Source: Mustelus asterias
Taxonomy: Eukaryota
NCBI RefSeq assembly: GCF_964213995.1
Contig: NC_135803.1
Coordinates: forward strand, 92,628,001-92,692,000
Length of the DNA: 64,000 bases
Direction of reading: 5' to 3'
Positions 23,906 to 37,228 of the stretch are shown here, in pieces. The notes beneath the pieces are model-generated. The model did no database searches and had not been told where the DNA came from. It saw only the letters and a list, made by a program, of their open reading frames with translations. Each line of letters starts with the position of its first letter. Position 1 is the stretch's first letter. Position numbers and translations under genes: made by a program.

Positions 23906-24249
23906 AACGTGGTGGAGCATGGGGTAGTCCAGCACTAAGCTGGCATGGGGCTTTGTGCAGTGCTTGGAGTCCATTCTTTTCAACCATGGAATGGATGCTT
24001 GCCTCATCAGCACCCACGTGGAACCCAGCAGGATCAGCATCTGCTGGCTGATTGTGCTGCAAGGCAAAACAAAGGCTCGGGTGATGGAATGGAACCTCTG
24101 ACTATTACTTTGTAAAGTCAGACTGCTGTTATCATGGTTCCAGGATACTACTCTTCACAGGAGGCTCTGAGGGCAATCCATTAATTTAGCTCCCAGTGGA
24201 TCAATAGGATTGCTGAAGTGCTGTCCTGGGAAAGTGGCAGTGACTCAAG

Positions 24250-25697
24250 GGAGCCGGAGGATTGGAGGATTGCGGATGTGGTTCCTATTTTCAAGAAGGG
24301 GAATAGGGATAGCCCTGGAAATTACCGACCAGTGAATCTAACCTCAGTGGTTGGTAAGCTGATGGAGAAGATCCTGAGGGACAAGATTTATGAGCATTTA
24401 AAGAGGTTTAGTATGCTCAAGAATACTCAGCATGGCTTTGTCAAAGGCAGATCGTGCCTTACGAGCCTGGTGGAGTTCTTCGAAAATGTGACTAAACACA
24501 TTGGCGAAGGGAAAGCGGTGGATGTGGTTTATATGGATTTTAGCAAGGCGTTCGATAAGGTCCCCCATGCAAGGCTTCTAGAAAAAGTGAGAGGGCATGG
24601 GATCCAAGGGGCTGCTGCCCTGTGGATCCACAACTGGCTTGCCCAAAGGAGGCAGAGAGTGGGTATAGATGGGTCTTTTTCTAAATGGAGGTCGGTCACC
24701 AGTGGTGTGCCCCAGGGATCTGTTCTGGGACCCTTGCTGTTTGTCATTTTCATAAATGACCTGGATGAGGAAGTGGAGGGATGGGTTGGTAAGTTTACCG
24801 ACGACACAAAGGTTGGTGGGGTTGTGGATAGTCTGGAGGGATGTCAGAAGGTACAGAGGGACATAGATAGGATGCAAGACTGGGCGGAGAAGTGGCAGAT
24901 GGACTTCAACCCAGATAAATGCGTAGTGGTCCATTTTGGCAGGTCAAATGGGATGAAGGAGTACAATATAAAGGGAAAGCCTCTTAGTACTGTAGAGGAT
25001 CAGAAGGACCTTGGGGTCCGGGTCCATAGGACTCTAAAATCGGCCCCGCAGGTGGAGGAGGTGGTTAAGAAGGCGTATGGTGTGCTGGCCTTTATCAATC
25101 GAGGGATTGAGTTTCGGGGTCCGGGGATAATGTTGCAGCTATATAAGACCCTCGTCAGACCCCACTTGGAGTACTGTGCTCAATTCTGGTCGCCTCATTA
25201 CAGGAAGGATGTGGAAAAGATTGAAAAGGTGCAGAGGCGATTTACAAGGATGTTGCCTGGATTGAGTGGCATGCCTTATGAGGATAGGCTGAGGGAGCTC
25301 GGTCTTTTCTCCTTGGAGAGACGAAGGATGAGAGGAGACCTAATAGAGGTATATAAAATGTTGAGAGGCATAGATCGGGTGGACTCTCAGAGGCTTTTTC
25401 CCAGGGTGGAAATGGCTGCCTCGAGAGGACACAGGTTTAAGGTGCTGGGAGGTAGGTACAGGGGAAATGTTAGGGGGAAGTTTTTCACACAGAGGGTGGT
25501 GGGCGAGTGGAATCGGCTGCCGTCAGTGGTGGTGGAGGCGAACTCAATAGGGTCTTTTAAGAGACTCCTGGATGAGTACATGGGACTTAATAGGATGGAG
25601 GGTTATAGGTAGGCCTAGAAGGTAGGGATATGTTCGGCCCAACTTGTGGGGCCGAAGGGCCTGTTTTGTGCTGTAGTTTTTCTATGTTTCTATGTTT
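24250..25697 (+). mobile_element. Young 5'-truncated CR1/HER1 LINE; open ~450-codon reverse-transcriptase region
   Basis: GNYRPVNLTS, QHGFVKGRSCLT, DFSKAFDKVPH, GVPQGSVLGPLLF and KFTDDTK; stop at 25612; (tttctatg)n tail. No endonuclease or ORF1. Confidence 0.97.
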
Positions 25698-25944
25698 CTC
25701 TCTCCCTGGCTGTCTGCATTGCTGCTCTCGCTCCTATCTCTCTGCAGTACCTGCCTATTTTCTGTCAGTCAGCCAGCTCGGACTGCTGAGCTCCTTGCTG
25801 AGATGGTGCAATATTCAGCCGGTCCTTCTAGACCCAGAGCTGAGCGAGGTTGCCCTGCAATCTCATCAATTGAAGGCCAACAGCCTTTCACCAGCCATGT
25901 GGCCGGCATTGGGAAAGGTCCATGTAGAAGCACCTAGGATCTAC

Positions 25945-26190
25945 AGAATTGTTATGGTGCAGAAGGAGACCATTTGGCCCATTGTGTCTGCACCAAGCCT
26001 CTGAATGAACATTTCTAGTCCCCTGTCTTTCCCCTGTATCTAATGTCCTCTTGAATGCCTCTTTTGAACCTGCCTTCACCACATTTCCAGACCGAATCCC
26101 AGACCCAAACCATTTGTGTGATTTTGTTTTTGTGCATTGCATTTTCTTCTTTTCCAATCACATTAAATTTGTGCCCTCTCACTCTTGATC
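25945..26190 (-). mobile_element. Degenerate CR1 3' end
   Basis: Minus-strand VRGHKFNV and the 3' tail. Confidence 0.65.
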
Positions 26191-28018
26191 CTTTTACGAT
26201 GATGCATGCTTCAGACTTTGTTAGTAACATAAAAGGTATTTGTGAACAAGGAAAAACTTGTACAGAGGCTAGCAGCACCCTCTGGCTGCGCTAGAGCAGC
26301 TCACCAGCTGCCCTAGTCTCTGCATGTCTTCTCGATGTCTTCTGCCTAAGAGAGGACTCCACCCCTTGGGGTGATTACCCTCTCTCGGTCCCAATTGGTC
26401 CCTCAAGCCTGGTCACCTCTTCTGCTGTGTTGCCCTTAAAGGGACAATCACCACGTACCCGCTGTTTTTTTCTCACTTCTTTTGTAAATCATTTTAAATC
26501 TGTGACAACTCGTTCTCGATCCTTTTCTGAGGGGGAGAAGTTTCTCCTTATCTACTCTGTCCACCACCATTCATGGTTGGATGTGATAGAATTGCAGAGC
26601 TTAGATCGGAACCATTGGTTGTGGGAATGCTTGGGCAGGGGTCACTAGTTGGGGGGAGTCCCAAGGACATTGGGGGGGGTTAGTGTCAGGGATTGAGGGG
26701 TCATCAGAAGGGGAAGGGAGTGGGGTGTCAGGCATGGTCTTGGGAGGGAGAGTCCCAATGGGCTTGGGGGGAGAGTCCCACAGACTTTTGGGTGGGGGAG
26801 GGGTTGGGGAGTCTTGTGAAGGGGTTGGGTGTGGGAAGATGAGTGGTTTGTATAATAGTTGGAGATGGATTTTAATTCTTTCTGGGGAATTATTTCTGTC
26901 AGATAGTCGGAAACATCCTCAGTTTGTGATTTAAATTGCATTTTCAGATGGTTCCCAGTGCAGGGCAGTTGCCCATCAGAAGTTTGAACTTCCCAGGCTA
27001 TTGTGGGCAATCCTCACCTGGAAACCTCCGGAATGGGGGTGGGGGTGAGGGTGGTGTCCTCAACGCATCTTTGGCGTAATTCTCCCACCCCCAGACATGA
27101 CACCCTGGAGCTCGGATCTTACAGGCCATGGTCAATATTTCAAAGGTAAATTCAAACCTGATCCACCTTACAATTGCACCAACTGAGTTGAAATACAAAC
27201 AACCATGACCCTTGCAGGCATGAATGAAATGACAGCATTTCCAACAAAAATACCCTCTTGTCAATAAGTGAAGCACCTGGTGGATGAGGACTTTAATCCT
27301 AAACATGAAATCCTGTTCAACCAACAGCTTCATGGAAAAGATCACTTGCCCCGATGCAGTCAGATTTTATATATTGTTTAAAATCTTTCACAAAATGTGT
27401 TTGAACCAAGTGCCCTAATTCAGGCTAAGGGCAATGGGAAAGGCTGCCCTAGGGTATTGAGGGTAATTCTGTCCAGCCTTGAGCTTGCTGTTCCATGAGG
27501 TGTATAATGACATTAGGTTTAAATCCATGCTACATTGAACGTTGCCTTCAGGAGAAACGAGACATGGAGACTTAAGTGCATTAAAGACATGAACCGTTCC
27601 CTGGCGTTAATGTGCAGAAGTAATCTGGGTGACACAGCTGTCCCTGATGCTTTCTTTTCAGAGATACTTTCCTTCATGAAATGGTTGCCAGCCCATTTTT
27701 CAACTTTTCATACTATTCGCTACTTATGGCAGAACGATATTTTTTGATGTGGCTTAAATCATTTCATAAACACCACAACTCCTGCTGCTTTTACAGAAAA
27801 AGTATAAAGCAGTCCCATTAAAACAGAATGGATGTGTTTCTGGCAATGTGTGTTACTAGCTTATTTTTAGTGAGAGTCACTAATAGATTATTTTCTCTCA
27901 GGAACCCCAGCTAGTGATAATCATCGATTCCACTAAAGTTTACCAACGAAAATTAATAGATTACATCAGTGAAACTTTATTGAACATACAGTGTTTAGAA
28001 CAATTATTCCTTAGCTGG

Positions 28019-28140
28019 AGAGTCCTGATGCCACACTCCCTGGACCACGGAAAATCAATGCCACTCAGCTCTTGGATTAGTCCTGATGCCACTCAGCTCC
28101 TGGATTAGTCCTAATCCCACTTGCCCTTTGGACCAGGGAA
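28019..28140. repeat. Short 28-bp tandem repeat
   Basis: atgccactcagctc(t/c)tggattagtcct twice, plus degenerate flanking units. Confidence 0.8.
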
Positions 28141-28690
28141 TCTTATTATCTCCCTGCCACACTCTCCTCCCCACCTCCCCCCTCCTCCAGTCTGGAAATG
28201 TTTGAAAGCCAATCTTGGATAAGCTAATCATGACTCAATAGATCTTTTTTTAGCATTGTCAGGATCTGCATCATGAACCTTGGGCCTTCAGGAGCAGGCC
28301 ACTCAATCCTTTCAGCTTGTTCCTGCATTTGGTGAGATCATTGCCGATTTATATTCTAGCTCCATCTACTGCTCTGATTCCATATTCCTCCATAGTCTTG
28401 GCCAGCGGAAATCTGTCAACAGGTTTAGAATTGTTGGTTGGGCTAACATTTACTGTGTTTGTTGAAGAGAGTTCCACACCTGTATCACCCTTTGCACATA
28501 GAGCTTTTCCTGAATGAGCTATCTCTAATTTTAATATTATATCAGTCTTTCCTAGATTTCCCCACAGGTGGCAAATGTTTCACTCCCTATTTACCTTATC
28601 AATTCCTTTGAAAATCCACAAACTTTAATCAAATCATCTTTGAACCTTGCGCATTTCAGTAGATGCAAACCTAGTTTATATGATCCCTTC

Positions 28691-29003
28691 TGCTGCTTCA
28701 CAGCTTCAGGGACCTGGGTTCGATTCCTGGCTTGGGTCACTGTCTGTGTGGAGTTTACACATTCTCCTCATGTCTGCGTGGGTTTCCTCCGGGTGCCCCG
28801 GTTTCCTCCCACAGTCCAAAGATGTGCGGGTTAGGTTGATTGGCCATGCTAAAAATTGCCCTTAGTGTCCTGAGATGCGTTGGTTAGAGGGATTAGTGGG
28901 TAAATATGTAGGAATATGGGCGTAGGGCCTGGGTGGGATTGTGGTCGGTGCAGACTCGATGGGCTGAACGGCCTCTTTCTGTACTGTAGGGTTTCTTTGA
29001 TTC
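28691..29003 (+). mobile_element. HE1-type V-SINE inside a degenerate minus-strand CR1 (28285-29145)
   Basis: V-domain plus tail; the flanks match a CR1 3' end in reverse. Confidence 0.9.
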
Positions 29004-29239
29004 TCGTAATCTAACCTGGGGCTTTGGTAACATTCTGAATCTGTGTGGCCCTCCTTCCAAAACCAAGATATCTATTTAAGGTGTGTTTCTCAGAGCTGTA
29101 CACCGTGTTCCAGATGTGGTCAAATCTGGGATTTGTTTAGTCGTTGCAAAATGTCCTGCGTTATGCTGAACTTGCCTTGACTTTTTGTTAGATCACACGT
29201 GGATACTGTGTACAGAGTCAACGTAATATTCAAAGGATA

Positions 29240-29670
29240 CAGAGGCACTTGAGAGGGATCAACAAGAATTTACAGGGATGATGTTACCAGAAATGTGAGG
29301 ATGATCAGGCAGGGTCTATTAGGCTGCAGAGTGACCTAGTAGAGGTCATCAAAATTATGAAAGGGTTTGATAATGTAGACAAACAAAAAACTAGAGGCCA
29401 TCAATATAAGGCAGTCACCAAGAAATCCAGTACCGAAGCAAGGACTTTACCCAGAGAGTGGTGAGAATGAGGAAGTCACAACCACAGGGAGTGGTTAAGG
29501 CAACTAGTATTGACGCATTTAAGGGGAAGCTGGATAAGCATGAGGGAGGTGGGGATGAAGGTTATCCTGGTAGATGGGGAAGGAGAGGAGTGGAAAGGTT
29601 TGAATGGGGCATAAGTGCTACAATGGACTTTGTTGGACCGAATGGACTGTTTCTGTGCTGTATATTCTAG
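29240..29670 (+). mobile_element. Degenerate CR1 3' end
   Basis: gtgacctagtagaggtcatcaaaattatgaaagggtttga..ctagaggccat..gcatttaaggggaagctgga. Confidence 0.75.
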
Positions 29671-29811
29671 CCCTCTATTTATAAATATTCCAATTTATCC
29701 ATTTAATATATTTTGTACATTGACTGCAGTTTAATGATCATGTACATGAGACCCCTAAATCTATTTGAACCTGACCTTTCATATAAAATTTGTTTCATGA
29801 GGATGACCTTT

Positions 29812-30145
29812 GGGCAGCACAGTGGTTAGCATTGCTGCCTCAGAGCGCCTGGAACTCTGATTCAATTTCGGCCTCGGGTGCCTGTCTATGTGCAGTTTGC
29901 ATGTTCTCCCTGTGTCGGTGTGGATTTCCTCTGGGTGCTCTGGTTTCCTCCCAACTCCAAAGATGTTACGTGAATTGGCCGTGCTAAATTGCCCCTTAGT
30001 GTCCAGTGATGTGTAGATTAGGGGGATTAATGGGGTAAATACGTAGGATTACAGAGATAGGGCCTGGATAAAATACTCTGTTGGAGAGTCGGCGCAGACT
30101 CGATGGGCCGAATGGTCTCCTTCTGTACTGTAAGGATTCTATGAT
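29812..30145 (+). mobile_element. HE1-type V-SINE
   Basis: Head gggcagcacagtggttagc, V-domain and tail. Confidence 0.9.
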
Positions 30146-30809
30146 TGCAACTTGCCTTTGTTGAATCCATCCATAACAGGTTTGCCTACTTGCTTAATCT
30201 ATCATTTTGTTGTCTTTTTGTGCTGCTGTCTACATTATTTATTTTGCCACCAGTCTGAAACTTGCATATGTGGCTATCTAATATGTTATACAAGTCATTC
30301 ATAAAAATAGGGAATAACTGAGGTCCTATTTCAGTTTTTTAATTTAAAGATAAATGATAATGCAGACATATGTGTTCAATCACATCAATTCCTTGCACTA
30401 ATACACAGGTGCACAATGAAGCAGACTGTGTTACTGCTTTTGACTGAGTTTAAGTGGAAGCTTCTTCTAAAAAATGAAGGCAAACATAAGAAGACATAAC
30501 CTCAGGCAATCTGTGAAGTGAAGGTGACATCAAAGAGGAATAAATAAATTACGATTCACTCATTTGAGCCCGAGTAGCAATATCTTTAATCTCCTTGACT
30601 TCCAGCCTTTGGTTTCTTGTTTTATTTTTCATTTTGTAAAGGTTAGATCTGTTTGTCTCCCTTATCCACTTTGTAAGTTGATGTATGGATGACAACTCAA
30701 CTGCTAGAAATGCCTCTTCAATAAAGACTAACGGAGGGAGTTGGCCATTCCTGTTTCCCCTGCGTTTAAAGTATGAGTGAAAACAACTGACAAGTGTATG
30801 GCGCTCTTC

Positions 30810-31200
30810 ACTAAAGAGAACATCTTAAAACAGAGATGGGAGAATGGGGAATGTGTTGAGTTGCAGGGCAGGGATACAGGAGAGAGCTCAAAGCTCTGTT
30901 ACCAGTGGTGGGATCTAAGGAAAGGGTAAGTGCAAAGAAGGGCAGAGTAGGAGTTTGACGGAGACATTTGGCTGGAGGAAGCTGCAGATGTAGAGTGGGG
31001 TAAGGCCATGGAGGGATTTGAGAACAAGGATTTTAAATTCAATATGTAAAGGGATAGAGAGCCAGTGTAGATGGGGGGGAATTGAGTGTGGGACAGGATA
31101 GGGAAAACTTGGTTTTGAACAAGTTGAATTTGGGAGGCCAGCTAAGAGGATTTTTCTGAAAAAGCAAATCTGCTGGTGAGTACTAAAGAGGGTGCTTGTA
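30810..31200 (-). mobile_element. L2-clade LINE ORF2 C-terminal fragment
   Basis: LHWLSIPLHIEFKILVLKSLHGLTPLYI matches the L2 LHWLP..RI.FKIL..KALHGLAP.YL motif. Confidence 0.75.
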
Positions 31201-32384
31201 GTTGAGGGGGAGCCTGGATCTCTTGCTATAGGGGTAGGACAAAGGGTTTTGATAAGATGATTTGCCACAGGGAGAAAAAAAGCTTTGGATTGTCCTTAAT
31301 GCCTGGGTGAATTTAACAGCAAAGTGAGACACTTAGCAAAATGAAACTTAAGGAAACTGAATTATGAGTTGAAGTCACTGGATGATGTAACTGGCGTCGA
31401 CCACATCATCTGCCACTGAGAAGCATGAGCACCTTGATCAATGGCCTGTCTCAGCTACTGCTCATTTTCCCACAGAAAATATTTGGAAAATAGTTGCATT
31501 TGAAGGTCAAGGCAGCAGGATGGTAGTCTAAACATACAAGAGAAAGAGGAGGAAGTCTGGGTGGTAGGTTGTGGCCTGGTATGTTTACGGACTCGACACC
31601 AGCTGGTTTCCTACTCTGTATTTTGAAGCGCTACAAAGTATTGATGACGAGGAGAACTAAAACAGTTGATATAGGAAAGAGAAACTGAGGACTCAAACAA
31701 AGCTTGAGGTTTACAGCAGATACAAGGTGACTACAGACCCTGTTTGGAAGTTCAGTTGGCTGCCTGAATGTGGAGCTGCAAGCTGACAGCATCGATATTT
31801 GGTAAGTTGACTGATGTGCCAGTCTTGAACTGAACGAAGTTGTGAACTCTCATTCTGCTGCTCTGCAGCAATACCTGACTGTCTCACTGTGTCTCCAAGT
31901 TAACAGCAGGTCAGTTATTTGTTTGCAGGTTTAAATTGCCGTCCTGGGTTGTAGGACGCTTCCTACTGAGGGCCAAACGGTGATTTGTGGGAATTAATGT
32001 TCAGACTGTTCATTCCTGGCTGCTGAGTGGAGTTGGTCCGTACAGTGTTTTCCAGGTGTACATGAGGTTGGAATGAAGTTCACTGGGAGCCTCGGAGAAG
32101 CACTATTGCAGCAACTGGGAGGTGGGATGGCCACATTTCTCATGAAAATTCTGTGCCCATTTCCGAAGCATTAATCAGGTGCCTGATCCTTCAATATGGT
32201 GAACTGAAAGCACATGCCCACACTTATTGCCATCTGTAAATGTGCCAACAAGCATGAGATGTCATGCATATGTAATGAAGGTTGTTGGAAGCTGTTTGAA
32301 CCACACTCTGCAATATTGATTAGCCATGAGGCAACTCGTACCAGCTGCATTCAATAAAATGCAGTAGACGAGCAGCCCTTAAAG

Positions 32385-32851
32385 CAGTGATGGTCAACCA
32401 AGGCTAGTGAGTGGGTCATGTGGGTGGCTCTCTTTCGTCTCAGTGGGCAGTAAGATTGAAATCAGGCTTGTTCACTAACCATGACTCCATGAATAGATTA
32501 AATACATGCTGAATATTTCATAACGAGTATCGAGAATGCTTAATCAATCATGTGTGAATAGAACTGTCATCAACCTCAATTGATAAAAACAAAATATTTT
32601 TGATTGGACGCAGAGAGAGCGCACTGCTCTCACAATCAATGTTGTGAGCAATCAGCACCCACCTCACTTCACTTGTCCTTACTTTACATGCATTTCATTT
32701 CAGTCATACTGGTAGGAAAAAAGCTATGTGGATGGAAAGTGGAAAATGGCAACTCTGCGCATGGGCAACGGTCAACAAAATGTCTCGTGAACCACACTCA
32801 GAACCCTGATGGGCCGCATGTGGCCCCTGGGCCGCAAGTTGCCAACCATTG
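32385..32851. mobile_element. Non-autonomous hAT (Charlie-like) MITE
   Basis: Imperfect TIRs cagtgatggtcaac / gttgccaaccattg, subterminal gggccgcatgtggccc..gggccgc, and degenerate 8-bp flanks ccttaaag / gtctaaag. Confidence 0.7.
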
Positions 32852-34412
32852 TCTAAAGGGACCACTGCAGGTTGTCCTCCAAATTGGTAGTTAAAAATAC
32901 TTATCTGATCTTGGCGATGGAAACAGTGAGAATGTTCCTCTCGACGCCATATTCCAACCATGTGGGTTGCTGCCAGTGCAAAATGGAGGCAGAGAGTGAA
33001 TTCCCATAGACTGCAATGTGGTGCAAGGCTGAAGTGGAGATTCAGTTCCCAAGTTAGTCACAATGCAGAGAGGTGAGTGAAATAGAGGAGTGGAGTTGAT
33101 GATATTGTAGATTGCAGTCGGGAGAGGAGTACAGCTTTCAGGTGTGCAGGTAGAGTGCAGTGTGTGGGAACAGGAGAGAGTGGGATTCGAACACATGACT
33201 GGCTGCTTCCTAATGAAAAGGAGGTACATTATCACTGATGCCATCATTCATTGACCTCTCCGTACTATTCTGAATGAAGTAGCTGCGCTGTATTTGACCA
33301 GACAAAACAAATTGCTTTCTCTCTCTCAATGTCTGACACAAAACCATTTCCTCAATAGCAATGTTGTCTGAATAAGTGGCAGTAAATTCAAAAATCAAGC
33401 TGTTTGCCTGAGCAGATTTGCTTGGAAGCAATCAATTTATTCGAGGTTAAAGGGTTGCAAATGATGCATTATTGCATTAGGAGGCGTAACATAAGTCTTC
33501 GATTTGAAAAGTGACAGATTCATATTGCTCTTGAGAACCTCTTCATCTCAATTTAGAAAAGGCCGGGAGGTTCAAACTGAAAGTTTGCAATCCTAGAGAG
33601 TTAGCTGTTTGTTTGAGGCATGATGGATGAGTGTTATCTCTAAGCTGAAAATAAAGACAGATATCAGGTCAGGTTGGGGTCACAGTACCAACCAGTTATC
33701 TGTATTAAATCACACTCCGTGTCTGTTCTTGATTGTAGCCCCCTGATTATACCCCTCCCACACCAATCTCTCCTATTCAGATTTTTATCTGATTTGAAGC
33801 ATTTTGTAGGATATTTGAGATCTTCAAAATTTAATTCCAGCTGCATTTAGAAATAGCAGCCGACCTGGATCACTTTCCAGTGATTTTAATCAACCTTTAT
33901 TTTTCATATGCTCTTCTCTACATTTGAAGAGTTAATGCGTCGTGTTCCACTGTATGATTGAAGAGCCAGTTCATCCCACTTTATAGTATACAAACTGTCG
34001 ACAGATAGTGGGTCGCATTCCCTCCCGTTCGGATAGTGGGTCACTCTCTCCCGTATGGACAGCCGACACACTTTCTAGTGTACAGTGTGTTTGAGCCACT
34101 ATCCATACCATAGATTCTGTGACCCATAGACTAACAACATAAAGGGACCTAACCCAAGAAATTATTTGAGAAATTAGGCATTTTGTTTTCTCAAATCTCA
34201 AACTAAATAAAATGAGGGCAGAGTTTTATGTAAGAAGTACTCAACTCCCCATCACTTCTGGCACCACTTCGCAAAACAAGTGATACCAGAATACAATTTG
34301 GCACCAAGATTTGACCTCTCCAACAACTCAAGCCTCAGCCCTCTTGGTTCATGTGACTTTTGGCCTCCGTTCATCGCTTTCCGTTCTATAGGATGTTCAC
34401 GAGCAGAAATTA

Positions 34413-34535
34413 TAGTCATAGAGGTTTACAGTATGGAAACAGGCCCTTCGGCCCAACTTGTCTATGCTGCCCTGTTTTATCATTAAGCTAGTCCCAATTG
34501 CTCGCGTATGGCCCATATCCCTCTATACCAATCTT
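34413..34535 (-). mobile_element. Very short CR1 3' tail
   Basis: Near-identical to 11976-12105. Confidence 0.85.
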
Positions 34536-35013
34536 GATTAAATTCATTGCTATTTCCTCTCCCTTTCTTCCTCATCAATAAAATGCTAGTGGAATGCCAG
34601 CCCAGCATCCATTTCATTGGAAGGAGGCTACTGTGAATAATTGGCCTGTGAAGCATCTCCCATCCCTATTCCTGCACAGACCAATGCCTCATTATTCTAT
34701 ACAATTCTATTTTGGAGCATTTATTCAGAGTGGCATCGCATTGGCTGGATTGGGGCCTTTGACAAAGCAGTCTTTGATACCTCCTAAGGGTGTAACCATC
34801 AGCGAGGCTTATCGGAGTAAGACTGACCATTTTGTATTGTATAGTTCCCATTGTGAGCTACACAATACAGTGGCTCATGTGGGAGAAGATTTCCTGCTGA
34901 AGTCATTTTCTGATTGAGGCATTTTCCTCTATCTTCAAATTGCCCTAAACCCATTCTATTTGGAGCTCTTAGAGTTAACATCTGGAGAATATCTAGAACT
35001 AATCTGTGGTGAG

Positions 35014-35118
35014 ATAAAAGCAAATTATCCAGGCTTGAAATGTTGGCTCTATTCTCTCTCTCCACACATCCTGTCAGACCTGCTGAGATTTGCCAGCATT
35101 TTTTGAGTTTGAGTTCAG
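35014..35118 (+). mobile_element. Penelope-like family B remnant (mostly one arm)
   Basis: Starts taaaagcaaa like 58480, then jumps to the reverse complement of 58515-58595. Confidence 0.6.
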
Positions 35119-37228
35119 GCTCGAGAGGTAAAAGGATAATATTCTTCCTAAGTGAAGCACCCAGTCTTTTAGAGAAATGTTTAATTCTTAGCTTGGCTCA
35201 CTTAGATAGAGGTAAGGTGAGAGTGACTGACTGCCCTTGATATCAAGACAGCATGTAGCTGAGTGTGGAATCAAGCAGTTCAAAGTGAACCCTGGTCTCT
35301 GATACCATGTTCTGAGCATGTAAAAGTGTGAGCAGCGATGTTTTCTAATGATGCATTAAAGGTGGGAAGGAGATATCCATATACACAGGAGAGGCAGAAG
35401 GCCTGGTAGACACATGCTGATGAAACAGTGGGAGGAAGTCATGGTGGAGGCCAACGCCTGGAGTGTTGCTCCAAGAACACACAACTGCTCAATTTACTGT
35501 CCCCTCCCTCATCATCCACCTATCAGCATTGATCTGTCCATCAGGACTCAACTCTTTCCTTCATATACTTTACACAGTTGGCACTGGTGCCAGCCTTGCA
35601 CCCACAGCTTGCATGTACTGGCAGCTATTCAACCGTGACAGCCACATCACCCAAACATATTGTAGGACACTCATTGGCTCACTTTCCATGCTGGTATCGC
35701 TGATGCCATGGCCGGGCTGGAGGGATTGATGATGTATGAATCTGCAATCCTATTCAAAAAAACACAGCCCCAACTGCCAAAGAAAAGAATTCAGCAACTA
35801 AGCTGCAATTATGATTCCCTTAAATAACACTGATAGGGTGAAAAGTTTTGATTTCACATTCCGTTTAATGCTGTGCTCAGATTTACAAGGTTAAGACAGG
35901 ATACTGGCACACTGATTGTCATAATCTGCCAACTGTGCATGCTGTTGCCATTTGGTAAGTGGACATGCATACACCCCATTACCAAGATGGTGCGCTGCAC
36001 ACTTCCCATTGGAACTATATAGGCCCATTTGGATCCCGTTTTTGGCTGTTAGGAAACCCATGTGGTGCATAGGGAATGGGTGCTACAGAGCCCAATATAG
36101 CACCCCTCCCCCTGGTACCTTAGCTGTAAACTGACGGCAGCTAAGGGCGACCCAGTATTCACCTGCCAGCAATTTCCCTCACGCTTGTGCTGGGTGACAT
36201 TTAACTGGCTTTTTCAGTTTCCTGGAACTGACGTTCAGGCCAGCGAATGCATTTCACCTTCACCCCTGCCTGTCTGATGTCCCACACAGATTACAATCAA
36301 GCCCCAGTCATTAAACTAGACATCATTCTGTGATGTCTGTTTTTATCATCACTCGTTAATCATTTAAAGTCATCTTTACTAACTGTAAATAGAAATATCT
36401 GTTTGATACTCTGTGTGCACGGCATTGCTTCACCTCATTCATACAGCCTGCACTCAAACTAATCAAATAAAAAGGGACATCGGGAGACAAGTGCAGGTTC
36501 ATTGATCTGTATCACAGACAATTAAAACTGACTGGGTTTCCATGTTTCAGTCTGTAGCTGTGCGTCACTCCTCACACACTGACATGTCCCTCCAACTCAT
36601 TTACACTTTATCCAATTAGAAGCATAATAAGTGTCACAAACACTGCGCATATATAATTTACATACTGTTTTGGAAACAACACCATCCGAATGTCTCATTA
36701 CAAGAAACCTGTCCAAGATGAAAAACGGCCCTCACCAAGTTTAAAATTACTTGAGTATCTTTAAAAAAACTCACAAGAGCCCCCATCATTTACCATTTCG
36801 AATGGCGAACAGACTGCATTTTTCCAGGAATCACATCACATCGTTTCTCCGGAATCTGAATCTTGTCTTAAACGAGACTCTTGTCTCCAATCCCGCTGTT
36901 AGGTGACGTTGGTGTGTTTTAATTATTTATTTATCAGCCTAATCTCCCCTCTCAAGTGGACATCAAAATCCCACAGCACTGATGCTAAATGAAGTCTAAC
37001 ACTCTTGGTGGGAGGAAATTTGCCTTGATCAGTAATGGCAAGCAGACAATCGTGAATCATCGGCCTGCTTTACACGAGGCACAATTGTAATCAACATGGG
37101 GACACGAGTTAGGAGCATGAGTAGACCACTCAGCTCATTGAGCCTGCTTCACCATTCAGTGTGATCATAGCTGATCTTGGGCTTCAATTCCACTTTTCTA
37201 CCCATGCTCCTTATCCCTGCAAGATACA

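Noticed and set aside
24218-25612. Functional reverse transcriptase gene
   Set aside because: 5'-truncated LINE without ATG, endonuclease or ORF1; the first codons come from flanking DNA.
32001-32086. Possible exon after gtgttttccag
   Set aside because: Only one open frame, giving an unrecognised peptide, with no neighbouring exons.
33990-34110. Repeated gatagtgggtc in CpG-containing unique sequence
   Set aside because: Only two 11-bp copies; no structure or family could be supported.
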